Of a stretch of 64,000 nt of DNA, positions 48,913 to 60,900 are shown piece after piece (the stretch's first letter is position 1; each line of letters begins with the position of its first letter). Location: the NCBI GenBank assembly GCA_002189035.1, contig NEEC01000159.1, positions 1-64,000 of the forward strand, given 5' to 3'. The notes under the pieces were generated by a model. The model saw only the letters and a program-made list of their open reading frames with translations, did no database searches and was not told the DNA's origin. The DNA is from Utricularia gibba. Lineage: Eukaryota > Plantae > Magnoliophyta. Both the position numbers and the translations under genes were made by a program.

Positions 48913-51900
48913 ATACCGTTTCGAAGCTCGTTCCGAGCCGGTCATCTTCCGTGTTGAAGCTTCTTCGTCCGAGGATGCATCAGAGCTCGAATTATCGCCT
49001 TCTATTAGCCTTCAGATGTGCCACAAAGTGGCCACCACGTTCGCGACGATGCGACTTGGAACACCAAAATCGACGATTGTAATTTTCGGCTTGCAAAACA
49101 TCTGCGTTTTTTCGGGTGATGTGAAATATGGGTTTTCGAGGCGATCTTTGCACATGCTTAGGGTGTGTCCCTACCGAAGCCTCATGGTTTCCTCGCACAC
49201 CGTTCGGCATCTCGTCGATATCCTGAAGACCGTGATGAGTCACGCTGCGCCCGGAATACCGTTTCGAAGCTCGTTCCGAGCCGGTCATCTTCCGTGTTGA
49301 AGCTTCTTCGTCCGAGGATGCATCAGAGCTCGAATTATCGCCTTCTATTAGCCTTCAGATGCGCCACAAAGTGGCCACACGTTCGCGACGATGCGACTTG
49401 GAACACCAAAAATCGACGTGATTGTATTTTCGGCTTGCAAAACATCTGCGTTTTTTGGGTGATGTGAAATATGGGTTTTCGAGGCGATCTTTGCACATGC
49501 TTAGGTGTGTCCCTACCCGAAGCCTCATGGTTTCCTCGCACACCGTTCGGCATCTCGTCGATATCCTGAAGACCGTGATGAGTCACGCTGCCCGAATACC
49601 GTTTCGAAGCTCGTTCCGAGCCGGTCATCTTCCGTGTTGAAGCTCTTCGTCCCGAGGATGCATCAGAGCTCGAATTATCGCCTTCTATTAGCCTTCAGAT
49701 GTGCCACAAAGTGGCCACCACGTTCGCGACGATGCGACTTGAACACCAGAATCGACGTGATTGTAATTTTCGGCTTGCAAAACATCTGCGTTTTTTCGGT
49801 GATGTGAAATATGGGTTTTCGAGGCGATCTTTGCACATGCTTAGGGTGTGTCCCTACCCGAAGCCTCATGGTTTCCTCGCACACCGTTCGGCATCTCGTC
49901 GATATCCTGAAGACCGTGATGAGTCACGCTGCGCCCGGCATACCGTTTCGAAGCTCGTTCCGAGCCGGTCATCTTCCGTGTTTAAAGCTTCTTCGTCCGA
50001 GGATGCATCAGAGCTCGAATTATCGCCTTCTATTAGCCTTCAGATGTGCCACAAAGTGGCCACCACGTTCGCGACGATGCGACTTGGAACACCAAATCGA
50101 CACGATTGTGATTTTCGGCTTGCAAAACATCTGCGTTTTTTCGGGTGATGTGAAATATGGGTTTTCGAGGCGATCTTGCACATGCTTAGGTGTGTCCTAC
50201 CGAAGCCTCATGGTTCCTCGCACACCGTTCGGCATCTCGTCGATATCCTGAAGACCGTGATGAGTCACGCTGCGCCCGGCATACCGTTTCGAAGCTCGTT
50301 CCGAGCCGGTCATCTTCCGTGTTGAAAGCTTCTTCGTCCAGGATGCATCAGAGCTCGAATTATCGCCTTCTATTAGCCTTCAGATGCGCCACAAAGTGGC
50401 CACCACGTTCGCGACGATGCGACTTGAACACCAGAATCGACGCGATTGTGATTTTCGGCTTGCAAAACATCTGCGTTTTTGGGTGATGTGAAATATGGGT
50501 TTTCGAGGCGATCTTGCACATGCTTAGGGTGTCCCTACCCGAAGCCTCATGGTTTCCTCGCACACCGTTCGGCATCTCGTCGATATCCTGAAGACCGTGA
50601 TGAGTCACGCTGCGCCCGGAATACCGTTTCGAAGCTCGTTCCGAGCCGGTCATCTTCCGTGTTGAAGCTTCTTCGTCCGAGGATGCATCAGAGCTCGAAT
50701 TATCGCCTTCTATTAGCCTTCAGATGTGCCACAAAGTGGGCCACCACGTTCGCGACGATGCGACTTGGAACACCAAAATCGACGCGATTGTAATTTTCGG
50801 CTTGCAAAACATCTGCGTTTTTTCGGGTGATGTGAAATATGGGTTTTCGAGGCGATCTTTGCACATGCTTAGGGGTGTCCCTACCGAAGCCTCATGGTTT
50901 CCTCGCACACCGTTCGGCATCTCGTCGATATCCTGAAGACCGTGATGAGTCACGCTGCGCCCGGCATACCTTTTCGAAGCTCGTTCCGAGCCGGTCATCT
51001 TCCGTGTTTAAAGCTTCTTCGTCCGAGGATGCATCAGAGCTCGAATTATCGCCTTCTATTAGCCTTCAGATGTGCCACAAAGTGGCCACCACGTTCGCGA
51101 CGATGCGACTTGGAACACCAAAATCGACGCGATTGTGATTTTCGGCTTGCAAAACATCTGCGTTTTTTCGGGTGATGTGAATATGGGTTTTCGAGGCGAT
51201 CTTTGCACATGCTTAGGGTGTGTCCCTACCGAAGCCTCATGGTTTCCTCGCACACCGTTCGGCATCTCGTCGATATCCTGAAGACCGTGATGAGTCACGC
51301 TGCGCCCGGAATACCGTTTCGAAGCTCGTTCCGAGCCGGTCATCCGTGTTGAAAGCTTCTTCGTCCGAGGATGCATCAGAGCTCGAATTATCGCCTTCTA
51401 TTAGCCTTCAGATGTGCCACAAAGTGGCCACCACGTTCGCGACGATGCGACTTGAACACCAAAATCGACGTGATTGTAATTTTCGGCTTGCAAAACATCT
51501 GCGTTTTTTCGGGTGATGTGAAATATGGGTTTTCGAGGCGATCTTTGCACATGCTTAGGGTGTGTCCCTACCGAAGCCTCATGGTTTCCTCGCACACCGT
51601 TCGGCATCTCGTCGATATCCTGAAAGACCGTGATGAGTCACGCTGCGCCCAATACCGTTTCGAAGCTCGTTCCGAGCCGGTCATCTTCCGTGTTTAAAGC
51701 TTCTTCGTCCGAGGATGCATCAGAGCTCGAATTATCGCCTTCTATTAGCCTTCAGATGTGCCACAAAGTGGCCACCACGTTCGCGACGATGCGACTTGAA
51801 CACCAAAATCGACGCGATTGTGATTTTCGGCTTGCAAAACATCTGCGTTTTTTCGGGTGATGTGAAATATGGGTTTTCGAGGCGATCTTTGCACATGCTT

Positions 51901-54900
51901 AGGGTGTGTCCCTACCCGAAGCCTCATGGTTTCCTCGCACACCGTTCGGCATCTCGTCGATATCCTGAAGACCGTGATGAGTCACGCTGCGCCCGGAATA
52001 CCGTTTCGAAGCTCGTTCCGAGCCGGTCATCTTCCGTGTTGAAGCTTCTTCGTCCGAGGATGCATCAGAGCTCGAATTATCGCCTTCTATTAGCCTTCAG
52101 ATGTGCCACAAAGTGGCCACCACGTTCGCGACGATGCGACTTGGAACACCAAAATCGACGCGATTGTAATTTTCGGCTTGCAAAACATCTGCGTTTTTTC
52201 GGGTGATGTGAAATATGGGTTTTCGAGGCGATCTTTGCACATGCTTAGGGTGTGTCCCTACCGAAGCCTCATGGTTTCCTCGCACACCGTTCGGCATCTC
52301 GTCGATATCCTGAAGACCGTGATGAGTCACGCTGCGCCCGGAATACCGTTTCGAAGCTCGTTCCGAGCCGGTCATCTTCCGTGTTTAAAGCTTCTTCGTC
52401 CGAGGATGCATCAGAGCTCGAATTATCGCCTTATATTAGCCTTCAGATGTGCCACAAAGTGGCCACCACGTTCGCGACGATGCGACTTGAACACCAAATC
52501 GACGTGATTGTAATTTTCGGCTTGCAAAACATCTGCGTTTTTTCGGGTGATGTGAAATATGGGTTTTCGAGGCGATCTTTGCACATGCTTAGGGTGTGTC
52601 CCTACCGAAGCCTCATGGTTTCCTCGCACACCGTTCGGCATCTCGTCGATATCCTGAAGACCGTGATGAGTCACGCTGCGCCCGGAATACCGTTTCGAAG
52701 CTCGTTCCGAGCCGGTCATCTTCCGTGTTGAAAGCTTCTTCGTCCGAGGATGCATCAGAGCTCGAATTATCGCCTTCTATTAGCCTTCAGATGTGCCACA
52801 AAGTGGCCACCACGTTCGCGACGATGCGACTTGGAACACCAAAATCGACGCGATTGTGATTTTCGGCTTGCAAAACATCTGCGTTTTGGGTGATGTGAAA
52901 TATGGGTTTTCGAGGCGATCTTTGCACATGCTTAGGGTGTGTCCCTACCCGAAGCCTCATGGTTTCCTCGCACACCGTTCGGCATCTCGTCGATATCCTG
53001 AAGACCGTGATGAGTCACGCTGCGCCCGGAATACCGTTTCGAAGCTCGTTCCGAGCCGGTCATCTTCCGTGTTGAAAGCTTCTTCGTCCGAGGATGCATC
53101 AGAGCTCGAATTATCGCCTTCTATTAGCCTTCAGATGCGCCACAAAGTGGCCACCACGTTCGCGACGATGCGACTTGAACACCAAATCGACGCGATTGTG
53201 ATTTTCGGCTTGCAAAACATCTGCGTTTTTTGGGTGATGTGAAATATGGGTTTTCGAGGCGATCTTTGCACATGCTTAGGGGTGTCCCTACCCGAAGCCT
53301 CATGGTTTCCTCGCACACCGTTCGGCATCTCGTCGATATCCTGAAGACCGTGATGAGTCACGCTGCGCCCGGAATACCGTTTCGAAGCTCGTTCCGAGCC
53401 GGTCATCTTCCGTGTTGAATGCTTCTTCGTCCGAGGATGCATCAGAGCTCGAATTATCGCCTTATATTAGCCTTCAGATGTGCCACAAAGTGGCCACCAC
53501 GTTCGCGACGACGCGACTTGGAACACCAAAATCGACGTGATTGTAATTTTCGGCTTGCAAAACATCTGCGTTTTTTGGTGATGTGAAATATGGGTTTTCG
53601 AGGCGATCTTTGCACATGCTTAGGGTGTGTCCCTACCGAAGCCTCATGGTTTCCTCGCACACCGTTCGGCATCTCGTCGATATCCTGAAGACCGTGATGA
53701 GTCACGCTGCGCCCGGAATACCGTTTCGAAGCTCGTTCCGAGCCGGTCATCTTCCGTGTTGAAGCTTCTTCGTCCGAGGATGCATCAGAGCTCGAATTAT
53801 CGCCTTATTAGCCTTCAGATGTGCCACAAAGTGGCCACCACGTTCGCGACGATGCGACTTGGAACACCAAAATCGACGCGATTGTAATTTTCGGCTTGCA
53901 AAACATCTGCGTTTTTTCGGGTGATGTGAAATATGGGTTTTCGAGGCGATCTTTGCACATGCTTAGGGTGTGTCCCTACCCGAAGCCTCATGGTTTCCTC
54001 GCACACCGTTCGGCATCTCGTCGATATCCTGAAGACCGTGATGAGTCACGCTGCGCCCGGAATACCGTTTCGAAGCTCGTTCCGAGCCGGTCATCTTCCG
54101 TGTTGAAGCTTCTTCGTCCGAGGATGCATCAGAGCTCGAATTATCGCCTTCTATTAGCCTTCAGATGTGCCACAAAGTGGCCACCACGTTCGCGACGATG
54201 CGACTTGGAACACCAAAATCGACGCGATTGTGATTTTCGGCTTGCAAAACATCTGCGTTTTTCGGGTGATGTGAAATATGGGTTTTCGAGGCGATCTTTG
54301 CACATGCTTAGGGTGTGTCCCTACCGAAGCCTCATGGTTTCCTCGCACACCGTTCGGCATCTCGTCGATATCCTGAAGACCGTGATGAGTCACGCTGCGC
54401 CCGGAATACCGTTTCGAAGCTCGTTCCGAGCCGGTCATCTTCCGTGTTGAAGCTTCTTCGTCCGAGGATGCATCAGAGCTCGAATTATCGCCTTCTATTA
54501 GCCTTCAGATGTGCCACAAAGTGGCCACCACGTTCGCGACGATGCGACTTGAACACCAAAATCGACGTGATTGTAATTTTCGGCTTGCAAAACATCTGCG
54601 TTTTTTCGGGTGATGTGAAATATGGGTTTTCGAGGCGATCTTTGCACATGCTTAGGGTGTGTCCCTACCGAAGCCTCATGGTTTCCTCGCACACCGTTCG
54701 GCATCTCGTCGATATCCTGAAGACCGTGATGAGTCACGCTGCGCCCGCATACCGTTTCGAAGCTCGTTCCGAGCCGGTCATCTTCCGTGTTTAAAGCTTC
54801 TTTCGTGAGGATGCATCAGAGCTCGAATTATCGCCTTCTATTAGCCTTCAGATGTGCCACAAAGTGGCCACCACGTTCGCGACGATGCGACTTGGAACAC

Positions 54901-57900
54901 CAAAATCGACCGATTGTGATTTTCGGCTTGCAAAACATCTGCGTTTTTTCAAAATATGGGTTTTCGAGGCGATCTTTTAGGTGTGCCTACGAAGCCTCAT
55001 GGTTTCCTCGCACACCGTTCGGCATCTCGTCGATATCCTGGTGATGAGTCACGCTGCGCCCGGCATACCGTTTCGAAGCTCGTTCCGAGCCGGTCATCTT
55101 CCGTGTTGAAGCTTCTTCGTCCGAGGATGCATCAGAGCTCGAATTATCGCCTTCTATTAGCCTTCAGATGCCACAAAGTGGCCACCACGTTCGCGACTGC
55201 AAATCGACGCGATTGTGATTTTCGGCTTGCAAAACATCTGCGTTTTTCGGGTGATGTGAAATATGGGTTTTCGAGGCGATCTTTGCACATGCTTAGGGTG
55301 TGTCCCTACCCGAAGCCTCATGGTTTCCTCGCACACCGTTCGGCATCTCGTCGATATCCTGAAGACCGTGATGAGTCACGCTGCGCCCGGAATACCGTTT
55401 CGAAGCTTTCCGAGCCGGTCATCTTCAAAATGAGAGCTCGAATTATCGCCTTCTATTAGCCTTCAGATGTGCCACAAAGTGGCCACCACGTTCGCGACGA
55501 TGCGACTTGGAACACCAAAATCGACGTGATTGTAATTTTCGGCTTGCAAAACATCTGCGTTTTTTCGGGTGATGTGAAATATGGGTTTTCGAGGCGATCT
55601 TTGCACATGCTTAGGGTGTGTCCCTACCGAAGCCTCATGGTTTCCTCGCACACCGTTCGGCATCTCGTCGATATCCTGAAGACCGTGATGAGTCACGCTG
55701 CGCCCGGAATACCGTTTCGAAGCTCGTTCCGAGCCGGTCATCTTCCGTGTTGAAGCTTCTTCGTCCGAGGATGCATCAGAGCTCGAATTATCGCCTTATA
55801 TTAGCCTTCAGATGCGCCACAAAGTGGCGGAACACAAAATCGACGTGATTGTAATTTTCGGCTTGCAAAACATCTGCGTTTTTTTGGGTGATGTGAAATA
55901 TGGGTTTTCGAGGCGATCTTTGCACATGCTTAGGGTGTGTCCCTACCCGAAGCCTCATGGTTTCCTCGCACACCGTTCGGCATCTCGTCGATATCCTGAA
56001 GACCGTGATGAGTCACGCTGCGCCCGCATACCGTTTCGAAGCTCGTTCCGAGCCGGTCATCTTCCGTGTTGAAGCTTCTTCGTCCGAGGATGCATCAGAG
56101 CTCGAATTATCGCCTTCTATTAGCCTTCAGATGTGCCACAAAGTGGCCACCACGTTCGCGACGATGCGACTTGAACACCAAAATCGACGTGATTGATTTT
56201 CGGCTTGCAAAACATCTGCGTTTTTTTCGGTGATGTGAAATATGGGTTTTCGAGGCGATCTTTGCACATGCTTAGGGTGTGTCCCTACCGAAGCCTCATG
56301 GTTTCCTCGCACACCGTTCGGCATCTCGTCGATATCCTGAAGACCGTGATGAGTCACGCTGCGCCCGGAATACCGTTTCGAAGCTCGTTCCGAGCCGGTC
56401 ATCTTCCGTGTTGAATGCTTCTTCGTCCGAGGATGCATCAGAGCTCGAATTATCGCCTTCTATTAGCCTTCAGATGTGCCACAAAGTGGCCACCACGTTC
56501 GCGACGATGCGACTTGAACACCAAATCGACGTGATTGTAATTTTCGGCTTGCAAAACATCTGCGTTTTTTTCGGTGATGTGAAATATGGGTTTTCGAGGC
56601 GATCTTTGCACATGCTTAGGGTGTGTCCCTACCCGAAGCCTCATGGTTTCCTCGCACACCGTTCGGCATCTCGTCGATATCCTGAAGACCGTGATGAGTC
56701 ACGCTGCGCCCGGCATACCGTTTCGAAGCTCGTTCCGAGCCGGTCATCTTCCGTGTTGAAAGCTTCTTCGTCCGAGGATGCATCAGAGCTCGAATTATCG
56801 CCTTCTATTAGCCTTCAGATGTGCCACAAAGTGGCCACCACGTTCGCGACGATGCGACTTGGAACACCAAAATCGACACGATTTGATTTTCGGCTTGCAA
56901 AACATCTGCGTTTTTTCGGGTGATGTGAATATGGGTTTTCGAGGCGATCTTTGCACATGCTTAGGTGTGTTCCTACCCGAAGCCTCATGGTTTCCTCGCA
57001 CACCGTTCGGCATCTCGTCGATATCCTGAAGACCGTGATGAGTCACGCTGCGCCCGGCATACCGTTTCGAAGCTCGTTCCGAGCCGGTCATCTTCCGTGT
57101 TGAAAGCTTCTTCGTCCGAGGATGCATCAGAGCTCGAATTATCGCCTTCTATTAGCCTTCAGATGCGCCACAAAGTGGCCACCACGTTCGCGACGATGCG
57201 ACTTGAACACCAAATCGACGCGATTGTGATTTTCGGCTTGCAAAACATCTGCGTTTTTTCGGGTGATGTGAAATATGGTTTTCGAGGCGATCTTTGCACA
57301 TGCTTAGGGTGTGTCCTACCCGAAGCCTCATGGTTTCCTCGCACACCGTTCGGCATCTCGTCGATATCCTGAAGACCGTGATGAGTCACGCTGCGCCCGG
57401 AATACCGTTTCGAAGCTCGTTCCGAGCCGGTCATCTTCCGTGTTGAAGCTTCTTCGTCCGAGATGCATCAGAGCTCGAATTATCGCCTTTATATTAGCCT
57501 TCAGATGTGCCACAAAGTGGCCACCACGTTCGCGACGATGCGACTTGGAACACCAAAATCGACGTGATTGTAATTTTCGGCTTGCAAAACATCTGCGTTT
57601 TTTCGGGTGATGTGAAAATATGGGTTTTCGAGGCGATCTTTGCACATGCTTAGGGTGTGTCCCTACCCGAAGCCTCATGGTTTCCTCGCACACCGTTCGG
57701 CATCTCGTCGATATCCTGAAGACCGTGATGAGTCACGCTGCGCCCGGCATACCGTTTCGAAGCTCGTTCCGAGCCGGTCATCTTCCGTGTTTAAAGCTTC
57801 TTCGTCCGAGGATGCATCAGAGCTCGAATTATCGCCTTCTATTAGCCTTCAGATGTGCCACAAAGTGGCCACCACGTTCGCGACGATGCGACTTGGAACA

Positions 57901-60900
57901 CCAAAATCGACGTGATTGTAATTTTCGGCTTGCAAAACATCTGCGTTTTTTGGGTGATGTGAAATATGGGTTTTCGAGGCGATCTTGCACATGCTTAGGG
58001 TGTGTCCCTACCCGAAGCCTCATGGTTTCCTCGCACACCGTTCGGCATCTCGTCGATATCCTGAAGACCGTGATGAGTCACGCTGCGCCCGGAATACCGT
58101 TTCGAAGCTCGTTCCGAGCCGGTCATCTTCCGTGTTAAAGCTTTCGTCCGAGGATGCATCAGAGCTCGAATTATCGCCTTCTATTCAGATGCGCCACAAA
58201 ACAAGCACGACGACGACTTGGAACACCAAAATCGACGCGATTGTGAATTTTCGGCTTGCAAAACATCTGCGTTTTTTGGGTGATGTGAAATATGGGTTTT
58301 CGAGGCGATCTTGCACATGCTTAGGGTGTGTGTACTACCGAAGCCTCATGGTTTCCTCGCACACCGTTCGGCATCTCGTCGATATCCTGAAGACCGTGAT
58401 GAGTCACGCTGCGCCCGGAATACCGTTTCGAAGCTCGTTCCGAGCCGGTCATCTTCCGTGTTGAAGCTTCTTCGTCCGAGGATGCATCAGAGCTCGAATT
58501 ATCGCCTTCTATTAGCCTTCAGATGCGCCACAAAGTGGCCACCACGTTCGCGACGATGCGACTTGAACACCAAAATCGACGTGATTGTAATTTTCGGCTT
58601 GCAAAACATCTGCGTTTTTTCGGGTGATGTGAAATATGGGTTTTCGAGGCGATCTTTGCACATGCTTAGGTGTGTCCCTACCGAAGCCTCATGGTTTCCT
58701 CGCACACCGTTCGGCATCTCGTCGATATCCTGAAGACCGTGATGAGTCACGCTGCGCCCGGCATACCGTTTCGAAGCTCGTTCCGAGCCGGTCATCTTCC
58801 GTGTTTAAAGCTTCTTCGTCCGAGGATGCATCAGAGCTCGAATTATCGCCTTCTATTAGCCTTCAGATGTGCCACAAAGTGGCCACCACGTTCGCGACGA
58901 TGCGACTTGGAACACCAAAATCGACGCGATTGTGATTTTCGGCTTGCAAAACATCTGCGTTTTTTCGGGTGATGTGAAATATGGGTTTTCGAGGCGATCT
59001 TTGCACATGCTTAGGTGTGTTCCTACCCGAAGCCTCATGGTTTCCTCGCACACCGTTCGGCATCTCGTCGATATCCTGAAGACCGTGATGAGTCACGCTG
59101 CGCCCGGCATACCGTTTCGAAGCTCGTTCCGAGCCGGTCATCTTCCGTGTTGAAAGCTTCTTCGTCCAGAGGATGCATCAGAGCTCGAATTATCGCCTTC
59201 TATTAGCCTTCAGATGTGCCACAAAGTGGCCACCACGTTCGCGACGATGCGACTTGGAACACCAAAATCGACTGATTGTAATTTTCGGCTTGCAAAACAT
59301 CTGCGTTTTTTCGGGTGATGTGAAATATGGGTTTTCGAGGCGATCTTTGCACATGCTTAGGGTGTGTCCCTACCGAAGCCTCATGGTTTCCTCGCACACC
59401 GTTCGGCATCTCGTCGATATCCTGAAGACCGTGATGAGTCACTGCGCCCGGCATACCGTTTCGAAGCTCGTTCCGAGCCGGTCATCTTTGAAAATGCATC
59501 AGAGCTCGAATTATCGATTAGCCTTTGCCACGTTCGCGACGATGCGACTTGGAACACCAAAATCGACGCGATTGTATTTTCGGCTTGCAAAACATCTGCT
59601 CTGATGTGAAATATGGGTTTTCGAGGCGATCTTTGCACATGCTTAGGGTGACCGAAGCCTGGTTTCCTCGCACACCGTTCGGCATCTCGTCGATATCCTG
59701 AAGACCTCCATTTCAGTCTCTTCCGTTGAAGCTTCTTCGTCCGAGGATGCATCAGAGCTCGAATTATCGCCTTCTATTAGCCTTCAGATGCGCCACAAAG
59801 TTGGTTCGACGACTTGAACACCAAATCGACGCGATTGTGATTTTCGGCTTGCAAAACATCTGCGTTTTTTCGGGTGATGTGAAATATGGGTTTTCGAGGC
59901 GATCTTTGCACATGCTTAGGGTGTGTCCCTACTCGAAGCCTCATGGTTTCCTCGCACACCGTTCGGCATCTCGTCGATATCCTGAAGACCGTGATGAGTC
60001 ACGCTGCGCCGTTTTGGAAGCTCGTTCCGAGCCGGTCATCTTCCGTGTTTTAAAGCTTCTTTCGTCCGAGGATGCATCAGAGCTCGAATTATCGCCTTCT
60101 ATTAGCCTTCAGATGTGCCACAAAGTGGCCACCGTTCGCGACGATGCGACTTGGAACACCAAAATCGACACGATTGTGATTTTCGGCTTGCAAAACATCT
60201 GCGTTTTTTTTCTGTGAAATATGGGTTTTCGAGGCGATCTTTGCACATGCTTAGGTGTGTCCCTACCCGAAGCCTCATGGTTCCTCGCACACCGCTCGGC
60301 ATCTCGTCGATATCCTGAAGACCGTGATGAGTCACGCTGCGCCCGGCATACCGTTTCGAAGCTCGTTCCGAGCCGGTCATCTTCCGTGTTGAAAGCTTCT
60401 TCGTCCGAGGATGCATCAGAGCTCGAATTATCGCCTTATATTAGCCTTCAGATGTGCCACAAAGTGGCCACCACGTTCGCGACGATGCGACTTGAACACC
60501 AAATCGACGCGATTGTAATTTTCGGCTTGCAAAACATCTGCGTTTTTTTCGGTGATGTGAAATATGGGTTTTCGAGGCGATCTTTGCACATGCTTAGGGT
60601 GTGTCCTACCCGAAGCCTCATGGTTTCCTCGCACACCGTTCGGCATCTCGTCGATATCCTGAAGACCGTGATGAGTCACGCTGCGCCCGGAATACCGTTT
60701 CGAAGCTCGTTCCGAGCCGGTCATCTTCCGTGTTGAAAGCTTCTTCGTCCGAGGATGCATCAGAGCTCGAATTATCGCCTTCTATTAGCCTTCAGATGCG
60801 CCACAAAGTGGCCACCACGTTCGCGACGATGCGACTTGAACACCAAAATCGACGCGATTGTGATTTTCGGCTTGCAAAACATCTGCGTTTTTTGGTGATG

